Assembly (NCBI GenBank): GCA_963819225.1
Contig: CAWFVN010000038.1
Coordinates: 1,886-65,885 of the forward strand
From: an uncultured Actinomycetes bacterium
Lineage (GTDB): Bacteria > Actinomycetota > Thermoleophilia > Gaiellales > Gaiellaceae
Length of the DNA: 64,000 nucleotides
Reading direction: 5' to 3'
Shown here piece by piece: positions 8,715 through 21,223 of this stretch (positions within the stretch are counted from its first letter, which is position 1; each line of letters begins with the position of its first letter). A model generated the notes under the pieces. That model ran no database searches, was not told the origin of the DNA, and saw only the letters and a list, made by a program, of their open reading frames with translations. The translations under genes were made by a program, and so were the position numbers.

Positions 8715-10253
8715 TTAGGGCAGGCGGGCTGCGTAGATCGCCTCGTCGAGCCGGCCTGCGGCCGGGCGGGAGGCGAGCGCGAGCACGGCGACGGGCGTTC
8801 CGGCGGCGAACGAGGTGGAGATGTAGTCGCCGAGCATCGGGCCGAGCGTGGTCTGGGCGATCCACTGCCGCGTCATCGTCTCGGTGTTGAGGCGACGCGG
8901 CGCCGTCCACGTCCCGCCGCCGTTGGCCGAGCGGACGAAGAACGCGTCGATGCCGCCGCCGGGCTGAAGGCGGTACCACGAGAGCGCGAGCCGGCCGTTG
9001 CGGTCGGGGTCTGCGGCGAGCCCCGGCACGACGTCGTGCGTGCGGTCGCGGGACGGGCCGGTCGGGACGCGCGCCGGTGCCGACCACTGGATGCCGTCCG
9101 CGGATCGCGAGAGCATCAGGTCGGTGCCGTTGCAGTCGGTGTGCAGCTGGCAGTCCGACCAGGCGAGGTACACGGTGCCCGCCGCGTCGACCTCGGCCAC
9201 CGGCAGCGCGAACGCGCGGAAGTTCAGGCCGACGGGCGCCTCGACGCGGCCGATGAAGTTCGTGCGCGAGAACGTCGCGCCGCCGTCGGTGGAGCGGATC
9301 GACGACATCTGGTCGCCGTCCCAGTAGAGAACGAGCGCGTCGCCGTTCGGCCGCGCCACGGGCTGCACGCCCGGCGAGCCCTCGCGCATCGCGTCTCGGC
9401 CGGCGTTGTCGGGTGCTCCGATCGGGGCCGACCAGGTGAGCCCGCCGTCGGCGGAGGTCTGGATCGAGATCCGGTTCGTGCGGAAGTCGCTGTAGGCGAG
9501 GTAGCAGCGGCCGCGAAACGGGCTCGACGTCCAGTTGTCGCACGCGAACCACTGCTTGTCGAGCTCGAGGTCGCGGGCGATCGAGCGCGTCGCGACGACG
9601 GGGGCGCTCCACGTGATCCCGTCGGCCGAGCGGTTGAAGACGAGCGCGGACTCTCGACCGGGCGAGACGGCGAGGCTCGACGCGAGCCAGACGCCGTGCA
9701 GCGCGTCGAAGCCGATCACCGGGTCGCTCGCGCGCACCCACTCGCCTGCCGGAGTCGAGTTCGACGTGAGCGAGGGGAGGAGGCCCGAGCGCCACGTCCG
9801 GCCTGCGTCGCGCGACGTCGCGAAGCCGATGTTCGCGGCCGCGCCGTCGCGGATCCGCCCGACCTGGAAGACCGAGACGATCGTCGACCCGAACGCGTAG
9901 CTGTCGGGCTCGACCTCGGTCGCGTGCTGGCTCTCGGGGTTCCGGTACTGGTCTCGCGAGAGCTGCCGTGCCACGACCTCGCAGGCCCGGTCGACCCGGT
10001 CGCTCAGGTCGGCCGTCACGAGGTCCCGGCCGGGGCCGCAGCCGATCGTGTCGACGAACCGGTCCTGCGCCTTGATGCGGTCGTCGCCGCGCCCGGCGAT
10101 CACGCGGTCGCGCCCGGCGCGCGGGTCGATGTAGTCGGCGCGGGCGGTCCCGCGGATCGTCTCCGCGCGCGGCGTCCCGACCTTCTCCGCGGCACCTGCG
10201 GTCGACGCGAGGACGGCGCCGGCGAGCGCAGCGAGGGCGAGGAACCGGCGCAC
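8715..10253 (-). CDS. secreted BNR-repeat (sialidase-like beta-propeller) protein with an N-terminal GD-rich calcium-binding-like segment
   Basis: 512 aa intact ORF with signal peptide MRRFLALAALAGAVLASTAGAA. Six SxDxGxTW-type BNR motifs are present (SRDAGRTW, SADGITW, SADGGLTW, STDGGATF, SADGIQW, SANGGGTW). Confidence 0.75.
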   Translation of the reverse strand: MRRFLALAALAGAVLASTAGAAEKVGTPRAETIRGTARADYIDPRAGRDRVIAGRGDDRIKAQDRFVDTIGCGPGRDLVTADLSDRVDRACEVVARQLSRDQYRNPESQHATEVEPDSYAFGSTIVSVFQVGRIRDGAAANIGFATSRDAGRTWRSGLLPSLTSNSTPAGEWVRASDPVIGFDALHGVWLASSLAVSPGRESALVFNRSADGITWSAPVVATRSIARDLELDKQWFACDNWTSSPFRGRCYLAYSDFRTNRISIQTSADGGLTWSAPIGAPDNAGRDAMREGSPGVQPVARPNGDALVLYWDGDQMSSIRSTDGGATFSRTNFIGRVEAPVGLNFRAFALPVAEVDAAGTVYLAWSDCQLHTDCNGTDLMLSRSADGIQWSAPARVPTGPSRDRTHDVVPGLAADPDRNGRLALSWYRLQPGGGIDAFFVRSANGGGTWTAPRRLNTETMTRQWIAQTTLGPMLGDYISTSFAAGTPVAVLALASRPAAGRLDEAIYAARLP

Positions 10254-10288
10254 GGCGTGAGCCTAGCTGCGGCTTCCTGAGAAGAGGC

Positions 10289-11941
10289 TTAGGGCTTCGA
10301 GTCGTCCGGCGCCATGAACGGGTACCGGTAGTCGCGCGGCGGGACGAAGGTCTCCTTGATCGTGCGCGGGCTGACCCAGCGGATCAGGTTCCACATCGAC
10401 CCGGCCTTGTCGTTCGTCCCGGACGCCCGCCCGCCGCCGAAGGGCTGCTGCCCGACGACCGCACCCGTCGGCTTGTCGTTCACGTAGAAGTTCCCGGCCG
10501 CGTAGCGAAGCGCTTCGTCGGCCTGGTCGATCGCCGCGCGGTCCTCCGAGAAGACCGCGCCGGTCAGCCCGTACGGCGACGTCGACTCGACGAGGTCGAG
10601 CGTCTCCGTCCACTTGCCCTCCGGGTAGACGTACGTCGTCACCACCGGCCCGAACAGCTCCTCCTGCATCGTCCGGAACTTCGGGTCCTTCGTCGCGATC
10701 ACCGTCGGCTCGACGAAGAAGCCGCGGCTGTCGTCGACGCCGCCCCCGACGACGATCTCGCTGTCGGCGCTCGCGCGCGCGTCCGCGATCGCGCTGCGCT
10801 GCGTCTCGAGCGACTTCTGGTCGATCACCGCGCCCATGAAGTTCTCGAAGTCGGCGACGTCGCCCATCTTGAGCTCGGCCACCTTTTCTTCCAGTCGTTC
10901 GCGGAGCGCGGGCCAGAGGTTCGACGGCGCGTAGACGCGCGACGCTGCGCTGCACTTCTGTCCCTGGTACTCGAACGAGCCGCGGAGGATCGCGGTCGCG
11001 AGCGCGTCGACGTTGGCGGACGGGTGCGCGACGATGAAGTCCTTGCCGCCCGTTTCGCCGACGATGCGCGGGTAGTTGCGGTAGCGGCCCTTCGCGATGT
11101 TCGAGCCGATCGTCTGCCACATCGAGTTGAACACCGCCGTCGAGCCCGTGAAGTGGATCCCGGCGAGGTGCTCGGAGTCGAGCGCGGCGTCCCCGATCTC
11201 GGCACCCGAGCCGTAGACGAGGTTGATCACGCCCGGCGGCAGCCCTGCCTCCTGCAGCAGGCGCATCAGCCAGTACGCCGAGTACATCGCGGTCGTCGCC
11301 GGCTTCCAGACGACCGTGTTGCCCATCAGCGCCGTGCTCCCCGGGAGGTTGCCCGCGATCGCGGTGAAGTTGAAGGGCGTGACGGCGAAGACGAAGCCCT
11401 CGAGCGGCCGGTACTCCATGCGGTTCCAGACGCCCGGCGACGAGACGGGCTGCTCCGCGTAGATGCGGAGCATGAACTCGACGTTCCAGCGCCAGAAGTC
11501 GATCAGCTCCGCCGCGGCGTCGATCTCCGCCTGATGCGACGTCTTCGACTGGCCGAGCATCGTGGCGGCGACGAGCGTGTCGCGCCACGGCCCGGCGAGC
11601 AGCTCGGCGGCGCGGAGGAACACGGCGGCGCGCTCTTCCCACGGCGTCCGGTGCCAGTCCTCCCACGCCTCGCCCGCGGCAGAGATCGCGCGCTCGACCT
11701 CGGCCGCGCCTCCCTGGTGGACGTCCGCGAGCACGTGCTCCTTGTCGTGCGGCGCGATCGCCTGCTTCGTCGTGCCGGTGGTGACGTCCTCGCCGCCGAT
11801 CACGAGCGGGATCTCCAGGCGCTCCCTGCTCATCTGGTCGAGGCGCAGCCGCAGGCTGGCGCGCTCCGGCGAGCCCGGCGCGTAGTCCTTCACCGGCTCG
11901 TTCTGCGGGGCAGGGGGCCGGAACAGGCCGGGTGCGCTCAT
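10289..11941 (-). CDS. pruA: L-glutamate gamma-semialdehyde (1-pyrroline-5-carboxylate) dehydrogenase
   Basis: ATG at 11939-11941 inside the long ORF 10289-13270; 550 aa. Aldehyde-dehydrogenase motifs VVWKPA, FTGST, ETGGKD and FEYQGQKCSAASR are present, with the C-terminal ...SPRTIKETF typical of PruA. Confidence 0.9.
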   Translation of the reverse strand: MSAPGLFRPPAPQNEPVKDYAPGSPERASLRLRLDQMSRERLEIPLVIGGEDVTTGTTKQAIAPHDKEHVLADVHQGGAAEVERAISAAGEAWEDWHRTPWEERAAVFLRAAELLAGPWRDTLVAATMLGQSKTSHQAEIDAAAELIDFWRWNVEFMLRIYAEQPVSSPGVWNRMEYRPLEGFVFAVTPFNFTAIAGNLPGSTALMGNTVVWKPATTAMYSAYWLMRLLQEAGLPPGVINLVYGSGAEIGDAALDSEHLAGIHFTGSTAVFNSMWQTIGSNIAKGRYRNYPRIVGETGGKDFIVAHPSANVDALATAILRGSFEYQGQKCSAASRVYAPSNLWPALRERLEEKVAELKMGDVADFENFMGAVIDQKSLETQRSAIADARASADSEIVVGGGVDDSRGFFVEPTVIATKDPKFRTMQEELFGPVVTTYVYPEGKWTETLDLVESTSPYGLTGAVFSEDRAAIDQADEALRYAAGNFYVNDKPTGAVVGQQPFGGGRASGTNDKAGSMWNLIRWVSPRTIKETFVPPRDYRYPFMAPDDSKP

Positions 11942-12417
11942 CGGGCACGATTCTAGTCGTGCGCTACGCGGGCTACGTGGTGGAAGGCTGGGGCGTCGGC
12001 GAGCTCGTGCTCGACGGGGACGTGCTCGTCCACAGCGAGGCGCCGAAACCGTCGGACGCTGCACCGCCCGGTTCGCACTGGCTCGGCGAGCGTTTGCGTG
12101 CGTACTTCGTCGAGGGCTCGCAGGACGACTTCCTCGACGTCGAGCTCGACCTCGAAGGCTCGACGCCGTTCCAGCTCGCCGTCTGCACCGCGTTGCGAGA
12201 GCTGCCGTACGGCGAGACGGTGACCTACGGCGAGCTCGCGGCACTCGCCGGCCACCCGAACGCGCAGCGCGCCGTCGGCACGTTCTGCGCCGCGAACCGG
12301 TTCGCGATCGTCGTGCCGTGTCATCGCGTCGTCGCAGCGGGAGGCATCGGGTCGTACGGGTCGCTCGGCGTCGCGTACAAGCAACGGCTCCTGGAGCTCG
12401 AGCGTGCCGCTCTCTGA
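11932..12417 (+). CDS. ogt: methylated-DNA--protein-cysteine methyltransferase
   Basis: Active-site PCHRV (VVPCHRVVAAGGIGSYG) and a DNA-binding helix (YGELAALAGHPNAQRAVG). The start is GTG 11932 or GTG 11959. The 5' end overlaps the divergent pruA start. Confidence 0.8.
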   Translation: MRSSGTILVVRYAGYVVEGWGVGELVLDGDVLVHSEAPKPSDAAPPGSHWLGERLRAYFVEGSQDDFLDVELDLEGSTPFQLAVCTALRELPYGETVTYGELAALAGHPNAQRAVGTFCAANRFAIVVPCHRVVAAGGIGSYGSLGVAYKQRLLELERAAL

Positions 12418-13315
12418 GGACCTCCGCAACGAGCTCGCGGCGATCACGCCGACGAGCGACTGCGACCGTCTCGCGGAGCTGTCGGGCCTCGCTCACTCGG
12501 CCGGGAGCGTCCACCTGCTCGGGCGTGGGGAGGTCTCGGTGCATCTCGACCTCGCGAGCAACGCGGTCGCGCGTCGCGCGTTCGGGCTCCTGCGCGCGTT
12601 CGGCGTCGAGGCGGAGATCCGCACGTACCGCCGCCGCGCGTTCGACCGCTCGACTCGCTATCAGGTGCACGTCCCGGGAACGGCTCGCGCGCTGGAGGTG
12701 CTGACGGAGGCGGGCATCCTCGGCCAGGGCCATCGTCCCGCCGAGCGGCCGCCGCGCCGGGTCGTCGGACGAGCGTGCTGCCGCGCGGCGTATCTGCGCG
12801 GCGCGCTCCTCGGCGGCGGCTCGCTCAGCGGTCCGCGCACGCCTCACCTGGAGATCCGCACGGCATCGCTCGAAGGCGCGGAGTTCCTCGCGTCGCTCGT
12901 GCCGCTCGCGGTCCTCGACCGCGGGAGGCACGCGATCGCGTACGCGAAAGCAGGCGAGACGATCGCGGACGTGCTCGCCGAGGCCGGCGCGAGCGACGTC
13001 GTGCTCGCGCTCGACGAGCACGCGGTCGTGGCTGCGACGCGCTCGCGCGCCAACCGCCAGGCGAACGCCGACCACGCCAACCTCGTCCGGTCGAGCCGTG
13101 CCGCGCACGAGCAGGTCGTCGCGGTCCGGGCGCTCGTCGCCGCGGGGCGGCTCGACGGGCTGCGGCCCGAGCTCCAGGAAATCGCCGCGCTCCGGCTCGA
13201 CCATCCCTCGCTCTCGCTGAGGGAGCTCGCGCTCAAATGTCAGCCGCCGACGACGAAAGCCGCTGCTCACAGGCGGTTGCGGACGCTCCAGCGACTCGCC
13301 GAAACTGTTTTCTGA
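12404..13315 (+). CDS. whiA: DNA-binding sporulation/cell-division regulator WhiA
   Basis: 303 aa intact ORF. N-terminus LSEDLRNELAAI, LAGLIDADG-like middle region (AYLRGALLGGGSLSGP) and a C-terminal HTH (SLRELA...TKAAAHRRLRTLQRLA). Sits upstream of gap as in other Actinomycetota. Confidence 0.9.
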   Translation: MPLSEDLRNELAAITPTSDCDRLAELSGLAHSAGSVHLLGRGEVSVHLDLASNAVARRAFGLLRAFGVEAEIRTYRRRAFDRSTRYQVHVPGTARALEVLTEAGILGQGHRPAERPPRRVVGRACCRAAYLRGALLGGGSLSGPRTPHLEIRTASLEGAEFLASLVPLAVLDRGRHAIAYAKAGETIADVLAEAGASDVVLALDEHAVVAATRSRANRQANADHANLVRSSRAAHEQVVAVRALVAAGRLDGLRPELQEIAALRLDHPSLSLRELALKCQPPTTKAAAHRRLRTLQRLAETVF

Positions 13316-13634
13316 CGAGGCAAAGTGGTCCAGTTGAACGGCCGTCGCGAACCGTCCATACTTTGATTTCGGCGGGTCCGCGCTCGTCCGGCGTCGAATT
13401 CAGACCCCGTTCGGCGCCAAGGTTCTGAGCGTGGTGAAGTCGGAGGGGAAGGTCGTCCTCGGAGCTTCCCCTCCGGCCCGCCGTTCACGGCGGGCCGTCG
13501 GACTGTTACCGGGCGCGCCGGCAAGCCGGCACGCCCTCATTTTGTCGGCATCGCAAGCGATGCCGACGCGGCCCGCCTACATTTTTTCCGGCAATTAGAC
13601 TCGCGCAGTCAAATCGAAAGACCAGGAGGGGCGC

Positions 13635-14639
<1,005 letters not shown>

Positions 14640-14640
<1 letters not shown>

Positions 14641-15689
14641 TGCGAAGACCTCGCTCGGTGCGCGACGCCGACGTCGGCGGCAAGACCGTGCTCGTTCGCT
14701 CCGACCTGAACGTCCCGCTCGAGGACGGGCGCGTCGCCGACGACACGCGGATCCAGGCATCGCTGCCGACCTTGCAGCTGCTGCTCGAGCGAGGCGCGGC
14801 CGAGGTGCGCGTCTGCTCGCACCTGGGCCGGCCGAAGACCGAGGAGGACCGCGAGCAGTACTCGATGGAGCCGGTCCGCGCGCGGCTGCGCGAGCTGCTC
14901 CCCGACGACCGGGTCGTCGTCCTCGAGAACACCCGGTTCGACCCACGCGAGACCGCGAACGACCCGTCGTTCGCGCGGGAGCTCGCCGAAGGCTGCGACC
15001 TCTTCGTCAACGACGCGTTCGGGTCGGCTCATCGCGCCCACGCGTCGACCGTCGGCGTCGCGCAGCTGCTCCCCGCGTACGCCGGTCTCCTGCTGGAGCA
15101 GGAGCTCGAGATGCTGGGCCGGCTGCTCGGCGAGGTCGAGCGGCCGTTCCTCCTGATCTCGGGCGGCGCGAAGGTCGAGGACAAGCTCGAGGTGCTCAGG
15201 AACCTCGGCGGGCGCGCCGACGAGGTGCTGATCGGTGGGAAGATGGCGGAAGAGGTGCGCGAGTCGAACCCCCTCGAGTTCGAGGTCGTCCTGCCGAAGG
15301 ACGTCGTCGCGGCGTCGGCCTTCGAGCCGGACGCCGAGACGAAGGTCGTGCCCTTCGACGAGCTTCCCGAGGGCTGGCTCGGGCTCGACATCGGGCCGGA
15401 GACGCAGCGCGACTTCGCCGAGCGGATCCGCCGTGCGAAGACGGTGTTCTGGAACGGCCCGATGGGCGTCTTCGAGTGGCCGCGCTTCGCCGAGGGCACG
15501 CGGGCCGTCGCGGAGGCGGTCGGCGAGGTCGACGGCTACACCGTCGTCGGCGGGGCCGACTCGGCGCGTGCGCTGCACGAGGCGGGCCTCGCGGACCGGG
15601 TCGACTGGGTCTCGACCGGCGGCGGCGCGTCGCTCGAGCTGCTCGAGGGCAAAGAGCTTCCCGGCGTCGCGGCGATCCCGGAGGCCTGA
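14640..15689 (+). CDS. pgk: phosphoglycerate kinase
   Basis: GTG at 14640 overlaps the gap stop (TAGTG), in frame with ORF 14547-15689. KTVLVRSDLNVPL, NTRFDPRE, FVNDAFGSAHRAHAS and WNGPMGVFE are present. The gene is intact. Confidence 0.95.
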
Positions 15690-15692
15690 CCG

Positions 15693-17868
<2,176 letters not shown>

Positions 17869-17891
17869 ACCGGGCTATACTGCCGCGTCCC

Positions 17892-18488
17892 GTGTCGCTC
17901 CAGCAGCCAGATCTGGGAGTTCTGCGGAAGGCTCAACGTGGGGACGAACGAGCCTTCTCCCTCATTCTCAGAGCGTACGAAACGCCCGTCTTCAACTACG
18001 TGCTGCGGCTGGTCAACGACCGGTCGCTCGCCGAGGACCTGACGCAGGAGGTCTTCCTCCGCGTCTTCCAGGGTCTGCCGAAGTTCTCGCTGCGCTCGAA
18101 GTTCACGACCTGGCTCTTCCAGGTGACGAAGAACCGCGTGCTCGACGAGCTGCGCTCGATCGAGCGGCGCCCGAGAGCCGTCGTCGCGCTCGAGGACGTG
18201 CCGCCGTTCGAGGTGCTCGACGCGCCGTTCGAGCGGCTCGAGGCGATCGACGCCGTCTGGCGTGCGGTCGAGAACCTCAGCGTCGACCTGAAGATGGCGC
18301 TGCTGCTCCGCGACATCGTCGGCCTCTCGTACACCGAGATCGCCGACTCGCTCGAGATCACGCTCGCCACGGTCAAGTGGCGGATCTACAAGGCGCGCGA
18401 GGAAGTCCAGCTCGCGCTCGCCCGCGAAGGCATCAAGGTCGGCAGCTCGGCCGACGAGCCTGCCGCCGCGGTCGTCATCTCTACCTAG
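17892..18488 (+). CDS. ECF-type RNA polymerase sigma-70 family factor
   Basis: GTG at 17892, in frame with ORF 16692-18488; 198 aa. Region 2 is FNYVLRLVNDRSLAEDLTQEVFLRVF and region 4 is LSYTEIADSLEITLATVKWRIYKAREE. No anti-sigma ORF follows. Confidence 0.85.
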   Translation: MSLQQPDLGVLRKAQRGDERAFSLILRAYETPVFNYVLRLVNDRSLAEDLTQEVFLRVFQGLPKFSLRSKFTTWLFQVTKNRVLDELRSIERRPRAVVALEDVPPFEVLDAPFERLEAIDAVWRAVENLSVDLKMALLLRDIVGLSYTEIADSLEITLATVKWRIYKAREEVQLALAREGIKVGSSADEPAAAVVIST

Positions 18489-19552
18489 CGCGCGTTCTCG
18501 CGCAACCAGTCGGCGAGCCCACGCGCGTCCTCGCTCGGCGTCGCGCCGTCGGGGATCGGCTGCACTTGCGCCGGCGCGGCAGGCTGATTCGGGTCGTCGT
18601 CTCTCGTCCCGAGCGCCAGCCCGATCGCGGCGAGCGCGAACAAGCACCGCGCCCGCGGCGATCACGGGGAGCGGCGAGATCCGGCGGCGCCTCCGGCGGC
18701 GGCGCGCGGTGCGGCGCGCGGGATCACGACGGTCGCGTCCTCGCCGCCGACCGCCGTCGTCGAGCAGGCGGGCGAACTCGGCGGCCGACGACGGGCGGTC
18801 CTCGGGGTCGGGTCGCAGCGAGCGCTCGATCGCCGCGCGCAGACCCGGCGGAGTGTCGGCCGGAAGCTCGGGCGGCGTGACCTCGCGACGGCCCGCGAGC
18901 TGCGCGAGCGACTCGACCTTCCACGGCTGACGCCCGGTCAGCAGCTCGTAGAGCACGACGCCCGAGCGCGAAGAGGTCGGTTGCGGGCGTCACCGTGCCC
19001 GCCTCGGCTTGCTCGGGAGCGAGGTACGCCGCGGTCCCGACGACCGTGCCCGCCTCGGTGAGCTCGGTGCCCTCGACTGCGCGCGCGATCCCGAAGTCCG
19101 CGATCTTGATCGTGCCGTCGTCGCGCTCGATCAGGTTGCCCGGCTTCAGGTCGCGGTGCACGAGCCCGTTCGCGTGCGCGTGCTCGAGGCCGGCGCACAC
19201 CTGGCGCGCGATCGCGAGCACGTCGTCCGCGGGAAGCGTGCCGTCGCGGCGGAGCCGTTCCTCGAGCGTGCGCCCGGGAACGAGCTCCATGACGATGAAC
19301 GGACGGCCGTCCGACCTCGCCGACGTCGAACACCGTGACGATGTTCGGGTGCGAGAGGCCTGCCGCGACGCGCGCCTCGCGGGCGAAGCGCGCGCGGAAG
19401 CTCGGGTCCGCTGCGAGCCCCTCGTCGAGCAGCTTGACCGCGACCTCGCGGCCGAGCTCGGCGTCGTGCGCGAGGAGCACCTTGGCCATCGCGCCCTCGC
19501 CGAGGACGCGCTCGACCCGGTAGCGGCCGCCGGCGATCGTCTCGACCGTCAC
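18485..19552 (-). CDS. Ser/Thr protein kinase with one C-terminal TM helix (about 3 apparent frameshifts)
   Basis: GTG at 19550-19552. YRVERVLGEGAMAKV..VAVK, HRDLKPGNL, DFGIARA and YLAPEQ are spread over ORFs 18938-20110, 18724-19290 and 17643-18956. After a shift near 18640 it reads PLPVIAAGAVLV.ALAAIGLALGT...GLADWLRENAR, with stop 18485-18487. Confidence 0.8.
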
Positions 19553-19990
19553 GGCTCGTCCTCCGTGACCGTCGGCAGCGGCTCGGTGGGGACGGGCTCC
19601 TCCTCCGACTGCTGCTTGTCCTTTTTCTTCTTCTTCTTGTCCTTCTTGTCTTGCTCTTCGTCGTCGTCGCCCTGGTCGGCCGGGGGCGGACAGTTCACGC
19701 GTGTTGACGAGCTCGTTCGAGCGCGCCTGCAGCTGCTCCTGGAACGCGGGCGGGATCCGGCCCGCGTTGATCGCCTCGATCACCTGCTCGTTCAGCTCGT
19801 CGGCGAGACCTGCGGCACCGCAGACGTCGCCGCCGTCGAGTGCGTCGGCGATCGCGTCGCTCTTCGAGGCGAGCTGCTCGGCGGTCGCACGCTCGATCGC
19901 AGGGCCGGGCGGGGGCGCGGCGTCGCCGCCGCCCCCGCCGCAGCCCGCCAGCGCGAGCAGGAAGAGAAGCCCGAGCTTGCTAGGACGCAG
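19549..19990 (-). CDS. putative lipoprotein with a Lys/Asp/Glu-rich tail (start codon unclear, one apparent frameshift)
   Basis: KLGLLFLLALAGCGGGGG is a lipobox, followed by ...AEQLASKSDAIADALDGGDVCGAAGLADELNEQVIEAINAGRIPPAFQEQLQARSNELVNT. After a shift near 19700 it reads VNCPPPADQGDDDEEQDKKDKKKKKKDKQQSEEEPVPTEPLPTVTEEDEP. The stop TGA overlaps the kinase GTG (GTGA). Only a CTG is available as a start. Confidence 0.4.
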
Positions 19991-20480
19991 TCTCGTAGGG
20001 GTCCTCCTCGCGCGCGAGCACGACGGATCCCTCGATGGCCTGCTGGAAGTGCCGCTCTTGAATCGGCTTCGCCCAGTCGACGAGCTGCTGCACGTCGCGG
20101 TTGCGCGCATCTTCGTTCAGCTTCTCGACGACCGTCCAGTGGCCGACCTCGCCGGCCTCCGCCATCGTCAGGAACTCGAAGCCGTCGAGCGCGTCGGGCT
20201 CTTCGTCGAGGTACGTGTCCATCATCTCGGACGCCTTCTCCTTCGTCTCGCGAGCCTTCTTCTGGATCGCGGACTTCTTCCCCTCGAACCGGCCGGCGAC
20301 CTCGGTCCCGCGCTTCGCGGTCTCGGCGGCCTCCTGGGCCATCTTGTCGAGCGTCTCGACGAGATCCTTCTGCTTCTCCTTGCGCGCCAGCGTCTTGACC
20401 TTCTTCGTCGCGGCCTGGCCGGCCTGCGCGAGGCCGATCACCTCGCCCAGCTTCGCCTCGAGATTCGTCAGCTCTGCCAA
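19980..20480 (-). CDS. hypothetical all-helical cytoplasmic protein (possibly ferritin-like/DUF892-type; family not certain)
   Basis: TTG at 20478-20480 lies 6 nt after GAAAGGGG, in frame with ORF 19980-20603; 166 aa. Sequence is AELTNLEAKLGEVIGLAQAGQAATKKV...DGFEFLTMAEAGEVGHWTVVEKLNEDA... Confidence 0.45.
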   Translation of the reverse strand: MAELTNLEAKLGEVIGLAQAGQAATKKVKTLARKEKQKDLVETLDKMAQEAAETAKRGTEVAGRFEGKKSAIQKKARETKEKASEMMDTYLDEEPDALDGFEFLTMAEAGEVGHWTVVEKLNEDARNRDVQQLVDWAKPIQERHFQQAIEGSVVLAREEDPYETAS

Positions 20481-20496
20481 CTTGCACCCCTTTCGT

Positions 20497-21223
20497 TCAT
20501 TGACCCACGGCGAGCCGCGATGCGAGCGCCTCGGGCAGCCCCGCCTCTCGCAGCTCCCTCTGCGTTTCCAAGATGGGGTATGCGACGCGGCGAAACGAGG
20601 CAAACCTCGCCTCGAAATCGAGGAGGAGCCAGGCGGCGTTCGGGTCGCCGTCCCGCGGCTGGCCGACCGAGCCGGGGTTGAGGAGCCACCGTCCCTCGAG
20701 CTCCTTGGTCGTCCCTCCGGGCGCGAGCCCGCCCTCGACGAGCCTGTCGCCGAGCATGACCGCGAGCGCGATGTGGCTGTGCCCGACGAGGACGACGGGC
20801 GCGGTGGTCAGGAGGAGGGTGGCGGTCGCCGCCTCGTCCGTGAGGACGTACTCCCAGATCGGGTCGCGGGCGCTCGCGTGGAAGAGCTGGGCGTGCTCCG
20901 GCGCCGCGCTCGGCGGGAGCGACGCGAGGAAGGAGCGCGACTCGTCGTCGAGCGCGTTGGCGGTCCAGCGCGCCGCCTCGGCCGCCTCGGGGTTGAAGTC
21001 CTCGATCCCGAGCGTCCCGAGCGCGACGAGGTCGTGGTTGCCCACCAGGCACAGGTCGGCCCGCTCCTGCACGAGCCGACAGCACTCGTTCGGCCTCGCG
21101 CCGTAGCCCGACGAGGTCGCCCAGGCACCACAGCGCGTCGGGCTGCTCGCGGTCGATCTCCGCGAGCACCGCCTCGAGGGCGTGCAGATTTGCGTGAATG
21201 TCGGAGATGACGGCGACGCGCAT
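20497..21223 (-). CDS. metallophosphoesterase (YfcE/MJ0936-like) (one apparent frameshift)
   Basis: ATG at 21221-21223. MRVAVISDIHAN, WCLGDLVGYG, LVGNHD and LVGHSH are the calcineurin-like phosphoesterase motifs. A frame change near 21110 joins ORF 20468-21385 to ORF 20497-22005. Confidence 0.75.

Noticed and set aside
6354-10280. A 1308-aa ORF on the plus strand. Similar giant or Arg/Pro/Gly-rich ORFs include 53446-55884 (minus), 61177-63546 (minus), 22347-24245 (minus, upstream of 22637), 6712-8460 (minus) and the upstream 440 codons of 10289-13270.
   Set aside because: They run antisense or out of frame to genes with unmistakable motifs (uvrC, carB, the transglutaminase, argS, whiA). They have R/A/G/P-dominated low-complexity composition, the usual stop-codon-poor artefact of DNA with more than 70% GC.
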